Below the pieces are notes generated by a model. The model was not told where the DNA came from, searched no databases, and saw nothing but the letters and a program-made list of their open reading frames with translations. Shown one piece after another: positions 11,853 to 38,718 of a stretch of 64,000 nucleotides of DNA (within the stretch, counting starts at the first letter, position 1; every line of letters begins with the position of its first letter). The translations under genes and the position numbers were made by a program. Source of the stretch: Daphnia carinata (lineage: Eukaryota); assembly GCF_022539665.2 (NCBI RefSeq), contig NC_081331.1, forward strand, positions 6,014,001 through 6,078,000, read 5' to 3'.

Positions 11853-14826
11853 TCAGACACCTCCTCGGCGATACGGGTGATATTGAGATTGCGACGGTTG
11901 GTGATGGTGTCCACCTCTTTGAGGACCTGGCCCTCCAGGACCGGCAGTGCCTGCTCCCGTTCCTGGAACACCGATTCCATTACCAGCAGGTGCTACACCA
12001 GGGGGTGGAACTCTTTCGGGATTGCCATAGCCTTAGAGGAAAAAAGTTCGAGAATATTAGATGTTCCAAAATTATATTTCAACAAGTATTGTGAATTTTT
12101 TTCTTACCTTGCCCACCACCGTATCCTTGGGCACTAGCGTCCTGAGCGTAACCTCCTCGGTACCCTTGGTTTACGTCCTAAGAAGAAAACGATAAGAATA
12201 AATGAGATGCTTATTCTCTTAGCTAAAAAAGTTTACTTACTGTGCCATAACCATTGGTTCCGTATCCAGCACCATACTGAGCAGGCTCTGTTTTCACTCC
12301 AGGGACGCCAGGACCGGTGGGTGCAGCAGCACCCGGAGGACCTCCATTTGTAGGATTTGGACCTCTACCATACATGTCCCCATTGGGACCTGGGCCACCA
12401 GGACCTCCTTGAGGGCCTGGTCCACCCCAGTTCCAGTTGTTGTATCCACCTTGTTGCGGTCCACCTTGGGGGCCTGTATGGTTTAATACGTTCTTATTTT
12501 TATTCATCTACTCGGTACCAAAAACAATTCAATTCACGGGAAAACTTCTATTTAGGAAATCTCAGCCAATTTATCTTCGAAATATATCCTGGAGGAGAGA
12601 CAATAAATGCATTACCATAACCATAACTGGCTCCTGGACCCCCTCCATAACCTCCCCATTGTCCTTGTGGGCCCCATCCTTGATATCCACCTTGGGGTCC
12701 ATATCCGTAACCTCCTTGATTTGCCGGTCCACCCCATCCTTGATATCCGCCACCCATGGGCGGACCCATCGGTCCTCCCATTGGGCCACCCATAGGTCCC
12801 ATACCCTAAAGGAAACGGGGAAAACAATTATTTCAATTCTATAACAGATTAAAAGCCTTTCAGTGACAGGTGAGCTTACCCCATGCATCCCCATGCCGGG
12901 ACCTTCCCATCCACCATTGTGTCCTCCACGCCTCATTCCAGCGGATGATCCTCGAGTGTCGCGGGGCTCAGCCTTCTTGATTTCAACCTACATTTCAAAA
13001 CGATTTATTATTTCTTGTAGTCATCAATGCTATTTCTAACATTAACACCATTAATTGCAGTTCTTCTTTTAAATATAATAAAGAGAGCTCACCACCGACC
13101 TTAACTTGTTACATTATTGATTAGCGTTATCTATTGTTCTCTTACATGTACTAGTACAGACACCAGCTTAATACGACGGTTGGATACATTCTCTTAACAA
13201 ACTTTAAAATATAAGAGCAAGTGTCGGCGAGGTTTAAACAATGGTGAGCCCTGATTATTAATACTTCCGACTTCCATTTTTTCACAAAGAATGAAGGGAG
13301 AGGGACATTGGTTGTTTGTTTGATGATAGAATACCTGTTTTCCATTGATTGAAACATAGTGTTCACCACAGCAGCGATCCACCGACTCCTCCGATTCAAA
13401 GGTCAAAAAGCCAAAGCCTGTCCCAAGGTTTTCCAAATTGCTTATTACACGCGTAAACAACTATGTTTTGCTACTCTTTGCTTTCATCTCATGAATAATC
13501 ATTCAAAGCAAGCTTGGGACAGGCCTGACTTAAATTATTTGCCAACCATAGCTTTGACTGCAGAGTTGATGAGTTTGATACCGGGTTTCTAATACTTGGA
13601 GAGAAATAAATCTAATACTTTGAGAAGCATTAAGTTCTAGAGTAGTGAGCATGAAAGAAATATTGACTGCAACCCAAAGGGTACACCAATATTCAGTCAC
13701 TTGTATTCCACCCTCCCATGTTTCTTAATGGCATCTTATCTACTGTTTAAAAGTATCAGAAACTTTTCTTTTGAGCAGTAGAAGTAAATGTGGATAGGAA
13801 CTTAGCCACTTGCTTACCTAAGGAAATAAAATAACCACACTATTAACGTTAGCACAGTTAAACGAAACCATCCAATCTTCGGAACATAGCCACTTACACT
13901 TTCATCGCACATAAAGTATGAAGGACATTTGTAGTTCACTTACGCGATATTTAATTAAACTGAGTTGCCCACTAATAAAGGAAAAACACTCACCTCGTGA
14001 TTTTTTCTTCTCCTGGTCGTACATGATGACGACTTCAGTAACTTTCCCGTACTGGGAGAAGAAGTTGCGAAGATCTGTTTCGGTCAAGTTCGATGGAAGC
14101 CCGCCTAAAAATACTTTGTATCCATTGCCTGTCCCCATACTCCGACGAGGAGCGCGCACCATTTCAGCACGTGGATTACATGGCTTGGGATCAATCTACA
14201 AGGGGAAATAACAGGTTAAGTTTAAAAACAAGAACTCTAATTTTAAAAAACAGTTGTAGGAAGATATTGAACTGGAATCCCAAAAGTGATTTTTTGTTCA
14301 ATTACTTTCATTTCAATGTAGCAACACAGCGAAAGGAGATAGAATTGTTTAAAATTTTTATCACCGCTCAAGTGGTGCAAGGAAAAAAAAAAGAAAGTAT
14401 TATTTCCAAAGAACTTACTGTACGGTTATCAAGTATATGGGGTGTATTCTGGAGAACCAAACCAACATTATTTGGATCAGCAAAAGTAATGAACCCAAAG
14501 CCCCTTGATCTTCCAGTTTCTGGATTCTTCATCACCACACAGTCAACTACTTCACCATATTGGCTGAAATATCGTAGTAAGTTGTCGCGAGTCGTCTCCC
14601 AGCTTAAGCCTCCTATGAACATTTTACTGAAAGCAAAGGCAAAATTACATCAAATGCACATCTATGCCAGGTCACGAGCAGCTTGAGGTACGGCGTCAAT
14701 CTCGTCATGGCCTCAGGTCTCTCGACAGCCTTACACGTCAACACTATTTTTAGAAATATGTTCTTACCCTTGCTCGTTTGAGCTATCGCCACCCTCTTTT
14801 CCAGGAAATTTCTGTTGAGAAGTCAT
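11853..14826 (-). CDS. Hrb27C: hnRNP A/B-type protein Hrb27C/Hrp48 (DAZAP1 orthologue): two RRMs + Gly/Pro/Tyr-rich tail
   Basis: RRM1 is KMFIGGLSWETT..YGEVVDCVVMKNPETGRSRGFGFITF..IDPKPCNPR. RRM2 is KVFLGGLPSNLTETDLR..YGKVTEVVIMYDQEKKKSR|GFGFLTFE..GKQ|VEIKKAEPR. The C-terminus is YHPYRRGGV*. Confidence 0.93.
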
Positions 14827-15198
14827 TTTCGGTCTTTATGTGAATAACAATAAATGAGTGTTTTCTGTTCCTCGACAAGGTGAGTTCCGATCAAACTTAA
14901 TAACGCTTGGGTATGCTTGGAAATGGCCGGCTTTTCAGAGTTTGCAACGTTGCCACTGTATCACTAGCTTAAAAGAACAATTTAGAAGAATTTTATTTTT
15001 TATCATAAGAAATATATTTTGTTGTAGAACTTTAAATATAAATAATTATTTTAAAAAAATTTACGTAATGATCTGTTTTGAAAGAAAAACGGCTCGTATT
15101 CGAATCGACGAATGAAGCGCTGAACTGAACACCGTAGTTAAGCCTCTGTTTAGTATATCCGAAAGCCACTGTACCGCATTTTGTCGCACATTTTAACC
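14827..15198. promoter_or_regulatory. Putative bidirectional promoter Hrb27C/Prp19
   Basis: The divergent ATGs are 372 bp apart with a central AT-rich tract. Confidence 0.6.
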
Positions 15199-17214
15199 AT
15201 GGCGCTCTGTTGTTCACGTAAATATAAAATTAAATCTTTAATTAATACTTCATAATTCATTTGTCATAATGATGATACCAAAAACAAATAGATATAATCA
15301 TATGGTAGTCAAAACTTGGTTTGTTTTTTTGTTTTTTCTAGTGTCCAACGAGGTTCCCGAGCACCCTGTGGTCTCGCCGGTGTCAGGATCGGTGTTTGAA
15401 CGTCGACTGATTGAAAAGTATATTGCCGATAATGGAGTCGATCCCACGAACGGAAAAGAAATAACCATTGACCAACTCATTGAAATAAAAAGTATAAAAA
15501 TTTGCTTTTTTTTTGCTCAACAACTTTTGCCTATTAATTTTGTGTTTAGCACCTCCAATTGTGAAACCCAAAGTACCATCTGCAACAAGCATTCCAGCAG
15601 TACTGAAATCTTTACAAGATGAATGGGATGCTGTAATGCTGAATTCATTCACTTTGAGGCAACAGTTGCAAACTGCTCGACAAGAATTGAGGTATTTAAG
15701 AAATCATATTTGTAGCCATTTAGGTTACTTAGCCTAATTGTTTTATTCCAGCCATGCCTTGTATCAACATGATGCAGCATGCCGTGTTATTGCACGCCTC
15801 CACAAAGAGGTATCTACAGCTAGAGAAGCACTTGCAACTTTGAAGCCACATACTGGCTATGCTGCTGTCACTGCTCCTTCTGTTGCTACCTCAGTAAGAA
15901 AGAACCCCCACCCCTGAAAAAATAGTAATAAGATTGTAGTATTATTGACAAACTGTTACGAATTAGGCTGAAGTTGGAGGAGTTGCAGCACAGCCCATTG
16001 AAGCAGCCGGACTAACACCAGAAATTATTTCACAATTACAAGATAAGGCCACTGTTCTTACGCAAGAACGAAAACGTAGAGGCAAAACTATGCCTGAAGG
16101 TTTGGCTACAGCAGAAGCAATAAAAGGATACAAAATTTTGGCATCTCATCCAGTAATTACAGTTTGCCCCTGTAGTCTTATTCGAACTTAACATATTATC
16201 TTTTCTAGGCGCTGCACAGCGCCAGTATGCCTGGAATTCTGACGATGGATGTTCATGCGGCCGATACCTCACATATCTTGACTGGAGGTAACGATCGATG
16301 CGCGACTGTTTTTAACAAGGATACCGAACAGGTTGTGGCTGTCCTCAAGGGACATACAAAAAAAGTGACCAAAGTACTTTATCATCCAGAAGAGGTATTT
16401 TCGTCAAAAATATTACTATTTTTATTTTTGTTTAATAGGATTCTGATGTTGCCTGTTTTACAGGAAGTAGCGATTACGGCATCCCCCGATGCCACCATTC
16501 GCGTTTGGAATATAACCAGCTCTTCGCAATCTGCCATTATTCGTGCTCATGATGGACCGGTAACAGGCTTGTCACTTCATGCAACAGGAGAATACGTACT
16601 GTCGACCTCCCTGGATCAGCATTGGGCATTTTCTGATATTCGGGTTGGACGATTGTTGACTAAAGTAGCCGATACTGATGGAAACCCACTCACAACGGCC
16701 CAATTCCATCCCGACGGACTTATTTTTGGAACTGGCACACAGGACTCGCAGATTAAAATTTGGGATTTGAAAGAGCAATCTAACGTTGCCAATTTTCCAG
16801 GTAGATATTTAGAAAGCATAACATGAATATGGCTCTAAATAATTTTCATTTTTTATGAGAGCAGGTCATTCGGGTCCGATTGTTGCATTATCGTTCTCGG
16901 AAAACGGCTATTACTTAGCCACAGCTGCTGAAGATTCTTGTGTCAAACTTTGGGATTTGCGCAAACTAAAGAACTTCAAGACGATTCAGCTTGACGAAGG
17001 CTACGAAGTTAAGGATCTATGCTTCGATCAAAGCGGTACCTATTTGGCTGTGGCTGGCACGGACGTTCGTGTCTATCTCTGCAAACAGTGGGAAACACTA
17101 AAAACCTTCAATGACCATACTGCTCTAGCAATGGGTGTCCGATTTGGTAACCATGCGCAGTCCCTTGCATCTGTCAGTATGGATCGTACACTTAAAATTT
17201 ATGGCATCGAGTGA
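15199..17214 (+). CDS. Prp19: Pre-mRNA processing factor 19 (U-box, coiled coil, WD40)
   Basis: [34 protein letters not shown] (U-box), [50 protein letters not shown], then WD40 repeats through [10 protein letters not shown]. Confidence 0.97.
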
Positions 17215-17377
17215 TCCACCGTCTACACGGTTGAGAGAGAGGGTTTTTTAATGAAAATTTTTTCGTCCTATCTTTTTTTTTTTTTTTTTGCTGTAAGGTG
17301 CAATGCGCATCAAACTCTCGTCCTCACAAATACACGCGTTTCATTTTTTTCCCATCAACTTATGAAGTGCTGTTTTC

Positions 17378-17445
17378 TATCGATAGCTTATTATTGATCG
17401 ATGAGTAAGCGAAATGTTTTGCCACCAGAGGGCAGCGTAGATGGC
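17378..17445 (+). promoter_or_regulatory. DRE (TATCGATA) plus CTCF-like site upstream of domino
   Basis: TATCGATA at 17378-17385, GCCACCAGAGGGCAGC at 17421-17436, and an adjacent TAGATGGC. Confidence 0.55.
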
Positions 17446-17990
17446 ATTTCCCAGCTACCCCAATGGCGGCCTAGGCAGACCAAAGGGGCTCAATTTAGCG
17501 TTGGTCGCTCTATGGTACGAGGGGATATATATATGTATTTGTCCTAAAATGCCGGTCGACCCTTGTGAACAAGGAATAGTGAGATCAATTTGCGTTTATT
17601 TCCAATTACATAGTTCGAATTCTTCAAATTGGATTGCTGTCCTGAATCAAGATTTTTCCAGATAAAGTACAAGGTAAGTCGTCAGAAAAACAACCGTCGA
17701 TTCCTAGTGACGCATCATCGTGTCTCTTTTGTTGTTGATAGCGTGGTTCAAGCAAATCGATAAAATTTTTGATCAATTGAAAAAGAAAACTAAATTATAT
17801 ACGTAAAAACTTTTATCCTGAAATTTTAATTAAAAAAAAAAGAAAATAGCAAGTAGCTATTTTTCCTTAGCATACTCTTAGTACCTCATATTGGAATAGT
17901 ATTTGTAGAAGATGGTGCTATCAGTTAAACAGAAATCTTGGGGTGTCTTCTTTCTGAAATTCTAGATCATTATTTAAATATTTTTGCAGA

Positions 17991-30626
<12,636 letters not shown>

Positions 30627-30979
30627 ACAAAGACAAGTGTTTTGTTTCACTCTTCATCAAACCCTTTTAATCACTTTCATTTTTAATCACTTTTTTTAAA
30701 ACAAACATACAGTTTGGGATTTAACTTCGCTATTAAATCGGCCCTGTAGACTAAATCATGATTGTTTACTGTATGTCGTGTCCATAACTTGCGTTTTGTC
30801 GTCAATAAATGATCTTGCATACAAACTACTTAGGCTTCATTTTGTTGTCAGATATGACCTATTTTAATTTAAAACTTGAATTTCCTGATGGGGATTCTAT
30901 CAAAACCCTATTCACATGTGCCCATGGACAACCGGATTTCAATCAACCTTTTCCTTTCGTTTTTTTTCCAATTTCAAGA

Positions 30980-33450
30980 GCCTTCTCATTTTTGTCAAAA
31001 TCAGCAAAAATTTACATCTTCCGGAATTTGATCAAAATCATCTGTTATAATGTAAAATTTAACACTGATTTCGGAAAATGCATTTGTTTTGTGGTCAAAC
31101 TAACTATTTGTGAAATAAACATAAAAAACGACCGTGGGAATCTTCCTAAAAAATCTGCAAAATCTGACACTCATTGGAATTTTTTTGGAAATCATAGAAT
31201 ATGATACACTCAGAATTTAATGCTGATTCCGAAAAAATTGTATTTTATTTCATTAAATCCCGTTTTGGAGATACACGGAATATTTGTGTTGCATGACGCT
31301 AGCGCTGTAGCGTACTGTCGCGCTAGTGCGATGCCGCACAAACATACGGTGTATTTCGAAAACGGTTGACTTTTTTGAAAAAATAGAATGGAAAATGCCT
31401 AATGGAAGAATAAAACTTAATATTCGCAATTGTCATTCAATTCCCGATCGAAAAGATGTATTTAAGCCAAATTAAAAATTTAGCCATAACAGAAAATAAG
31501 CCCGATAAAATAAGCCCGTCAAAATAAGCCCGACAAAATTTTCAGTGTTTTTAACGTTTAACTGAAAAACGATAAGGCCTATTGAAAAACAAACTTGATT
31601 TCCGTGATTAGCATTTAATTCTGAATCGAAATCATGTATTTTTAATTAAATCTAAATTTTAACCAAAACTGAAAAAGTGAGAAGGGTATAGCCTTCCCAC
31701 TTTTGTCAAAATCCGCAAAAAAGAAAAACTCTTAGAATCCGATAAAAATCACACAGTACAAGTAGAATTAAACGGAGATTTCGATGGAGTGGTTTGTTTT
31801 TGCTTCAAATCAATCGTTTTTGAAATACAGCGAATATTCAACACAACGTTAGCGCCGCGCCAGTACGCATCAGCGCTAGCGCGAGGCAGAACCAATAATC
31901 AATGCATTTCAAAAACTGTTGGCCCAATGAAAAAAATTACGATACATTTATGATTTCATTCAATTTTGAATCAAATTCATGTATTGTTATAGCTATATCT
32001 TGATTTTTGAAAGAAAATGAAAAAGTCGGTAAGCCCAACTTTTTCTTGTCGGGCTTAACTTCTCTCCTGTTTTATTCGTTTTTCTAAAAAGCTATAAGTC
32101 CAACGTAAAAATAAACTTAATTTTTGTGATTCTGGTTCAATTGTGAATCGGAATCATGTACTTAAAATGAAATCTAAATTTTGGCCAAAAATGAAAAAGT
32201 GAGAAGGCTATAGCCTTCCCACTTTTGTCAAAATCGGCCAAAAACGAAATCTCGTGGAATTCGATGAAACTCACACAGTATAATCAAAATTGATCGCTGA
32301 TTTCGATTCGGGTATTAATTTTCTCCTTAACCCTGCCATTTGGAAAATAAAAGAAAACAAAGTGCTGTTAGTGGCATTTTGTTTGCGCCGTAGCGTACTG
32401 GCGCGCTAGTGTTTTCAATTATTCCGTGTGTTTCATAAACGATTGACTTAATGGAAAAAAGAACAAATTTACCGGATTCAGCATTCAATTTTGAGTATAT
32501 CCTGTGATTTTCATCCAATTCCAATGAGTGTCAGTTTTTGCAGGTATAAATTTTAAGCCCGACAAAATAAGCCCGACTTTGTTTTTGACGTATAATTTTA
32601 AAACTATAAGACCTATTGGAAAATAAACTTGATTTCCGTGACAAGCATTTATTTCTGAATCGGAATGATGTACTTTTAATCAAATTTAAATTTTGGCCAA
32701 AAATGAAAAAGTGAGAAGGCTATAGCCTTCCCACTTTTGTCAAAATCGGCCAAAAACGAAATCTCTTGGAAATTTGACAAAAATCCCACGGTATCATCAG
32801 AATTAAATACTGATACTGATTACATAATTTGTTTTCACGTCAAACAAGCCGTTTTTGAAATAAATGGAAACAATGTGCTGTAGGCGCACCAACTTTATGT
32901 TATGGTTTTTTACGTTTTTTTGCATCTAGCCTAATGGAAAAATAAACTTAGTTTTCACAATTGTCATTCAATTCCCGGTCGAAATGATGTATTTTAAGCC
33001 AAATTTAAAATTTAGCCATAACTGAAAATAAACCCGACGAAATAAGCCTGACGAAATAAGCCCGACTTTTCAACTAATTAAATATTTTTCAAAAATCTTT
33101 AATATAGCATTTTAAAGACGTCCCTTAGATGTAAAATCGACACGAATCACAAAAATTGACTTTGTATTTTTCAGTAGATAAGAAAATTCTGAAATAAACG
33201 GAAAAATCGGTTGACAAATAATGGCGTGCTAGTACGTTACGGCGCTATACCGCCCAATAATCTGCAAAATCTGATACTCATTTGAATTTTTGAAAACCAC
33301 AAAATATACTCAAAATTGAACGCTGATTCCGAAAATATTTTTTTTACTAAATCAACCGCTTTGGAAATGCCCCGTATATTCGGAGCATCGCGCTAGCACT
33401 GTCACATTATTGATGTGCCAGTTTTGTGGTGTATTTCAAAAATGGTTGAC
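30980..33450. mobile_element. Tandem array of non-autonomous MITE/foldback-like units (about 510-710 bp) with terminal inverted repeats
   Basis: Units start GCCTTC(C/T)CA(C/T)TTTTGTCAAAATC at 30980, 31691, 32213 and 32725. They end AAAAGTGAGAAGG(C/G) at 31686, 32208 and 32720, and are joined by TATA. Shared internal modules occur in both orientations, along with AAATAAGCCCGAC sub-repeats. No transposase ORF is present. Confidence 0.7.
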
Positions 33451-34225
33451 TTAAATCTGTTTCATTTATTTGCAATACCTACAGTTATTATGTAGTTCGT
33501 AAGTTTAAAAAAGTTATTTCTCTTTTACTGTTTCTATTGCACACCAACAACGATCTCGCATCTAGAACATAAAAAACCATATATGTAATAACAATATGTA
33601 ATATGTATAACCATATACCATATATGTATAACGGATTTTCTAAATGGCGTCAAAAAATTAAAACCCTAATGTATAGATTTTGGAAACGATAAACTAATAA
33701 GGTTAAATGTTTATTTAAGTTACAATGCAAAAAATGGAAAACTCCAAGAATGTGATAAAGTCAATAGATGCGATTACCTTTTTAAGTTTTCCAAGTTCAT
33801 TATGGTGTCAACAAACGCTCATACCAGCTTATAGGGCGGAGGGTCGGGTGGTTGGAACTTTCAGGTCCTGTCGAAACAGAGACGATGGGAGGAGGGAAAG
33901 ATTTTAAAATGCCATTTGTGGGTTTGAAATAACGAAAGCAGTAGCCCACAATGAAAATTTCCCAATCTTTGACCAGAAGCTAATACACTTCAATCAATGT
34001 CGTTTCAATAAAACAGAAACAAAGTCCGATATAAATCATTTTCATGCGTGAAATTTTCGATGGGCGTAGAGCAGCATATAAGTACACTCGTTCTGTGTTG
34101 TCTGTTTGCCCCTTGCTTTCTTATAAAGGTTAGGAAGAACAAAACGATATTATTTTCCCCGTTACTCAAATACGGAACATCACTAAACACTACACGCAGC
34201 ATAAAACAACCAGGGGCGGAAAAAT

Positions 34226-36995
<2,770 letters not shown>

Positions 36996-37344
36996 TTTCT
37001 CCAATTTTCACCTCTTCAATATATAAACAAAACGACCGAGGATAAGCTTTCAGTTTGTTGAAACTTCGTGTAGATACACAAATAAAGTGCTAATGGTCCA
37101 ACTCTATATCAACATTAGAAGTTTTAACATCTGACTGTTTGCTCACTTCTCAATAAATACAATACAAAGTCAAAAAAAATATTTGACTGGAAGATTTCCA
37201 AAGTAAACAATAGTGAATCGAGGCGAAATATGGTAAGACGGAAACACATACCACCCACAACAGAACAAATTACTCGATTCGACTGCAAGAATTTTTTTCC
37301 GATGGACTTGGGGAGTTGTTTCAAGACTGCTTGTCACTTTAAAA

Positions 37345-37420
37345 GATCGATATCTAAGGTATCGATAGCACTATTTCCGTCTAAAGTTGGCGATACATAG
37401 ATGGAAATGACTGATGGCAC
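37345..37420 (-). promoter_or_regulatory. DRE-containing putative Pak core promoter
   Basis: TATCGATA at 37360-37367, a second GATCGATA just beside it, and AGATGG/TGATGGC motifs, about 350 bp upstream of the Pak ATG. Confidence 0.45.
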
Positions 37421-38718
37421 CCTAAGTCCCTATCCCTAATGTAATTCATATCTGCAACTGTTGCAGGATATTAGATAACAAAATTCACTAGGTCTGCTAT
37501 TTCAAGAACCGACAAGCAATTTATCTATGGCCCATGCAACAATTTCGACTATGGTCTTTCGTTTTCGGCACGCACCAGAGATTATGCCTTACCGCCTTCC
37601 GGGGGAGTAAAAGACCTATGTATTCACAGTTCGAAGAAATTTTTTTGTTGATATAATTCAGTTAAATGTTGCATAACGTGCATGTACTCATTTATGCAAG
37701 ATTATCTGACATCTGAGGTGTGAAACGCTACCTGAATAAAACAAATTATGTAGAAACGTGCGGTAAAAACGATGGAATATAGCTAACCAGTTTTGGGTTA
37801 TTTCGTCATTCAGTATTTCAGCGACTAAACGTACACAATAAGTATAAGCACTTTTTCTATTTAGGAAACAATTCTTTTCTTTTCCGGAGCAAATTTTGCA
37901 TGACATCACGTAGCGTGTTGAAACGCGCTGAGAAAATGTAGAAAAGATCAACGCCATACAAAACAAAAAGAACCTTTGGCAACTAAACAGGAAATTGCAC
38001 AACTTGTAAAGATATTACAGTCATCTTTACTTGCTGTTAAAATTCAATCATTTCTACTGCATTGTAAATAATATTTTGAGTATGACGCGTTGCTATATTC
38101 CACAGAGCGTATGCGTTGCCTTCTCGAGGATAGCAGACCAACCTGGTGATAAGTTATCCGTTATCAAGCACTGAACCAACAGACTGACAAACAGGTAAAA
38201 ATAAGGATATTTCAAAAGAAAAACGACAATTATCGCAAAAAGAATTTCAACAAAATGCCTTGACTAGTTAGAGAAAACGTAATTGATTTGTTTGTTTAAA
38301 AACAAAGTGTAATGGGCACACAAAAAAAAAGGTCTGTAAGAATAAGTTGTCGGCGTTGATGTAAGCATCGTAATAAGCCAAATTTCAACATGGAAGGAGT
38401 AGGCGGGTTTTTCCATTTTGTTTTCTTTTTCTTCCTTTTTTTCTTGTGTCTAGTTCTCGCTACCGAGGTTAAAAATAAACCCCTCTTCTGGCAATCGAGA
38501 TTTTCGAGGAGAGACATCTCCCAAAGAAACGTTAGCAGCCAACCACATTTTACAAATTCAGTTTCAGGACGGAAAGACAACTGTTCCCAACGGTCGCTCT
38601 CGTCTCTTACTTCCGCTTCCGCCTATTTCCTCTGTTTATTGTTGTTTTTTTTCGTCTTCTTCGTGCTGCTGTGCGAAAGTGTTTCCTTCTCCGCCCATGA
38701 TAACTTACTAGCCAGAGC

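Noticed and set aside
13091..13097. 7-nt microexon (aag|GTCGGTG|gtgagc, minus strand) in the next Hrp48 intron
   Set aside because: There is no pyrimidine tract and it would shift frame. Too weak without reads, though worth checking alongside the other Hrp48 findings.
30980..33450. Regularly spaced palindromic repeats resembling a CRISPR array
   Set aside because: The context is eukaryotic, the spacing is about 500 bp, the intervening sequences are homologous to each other, and there are no cas genes.
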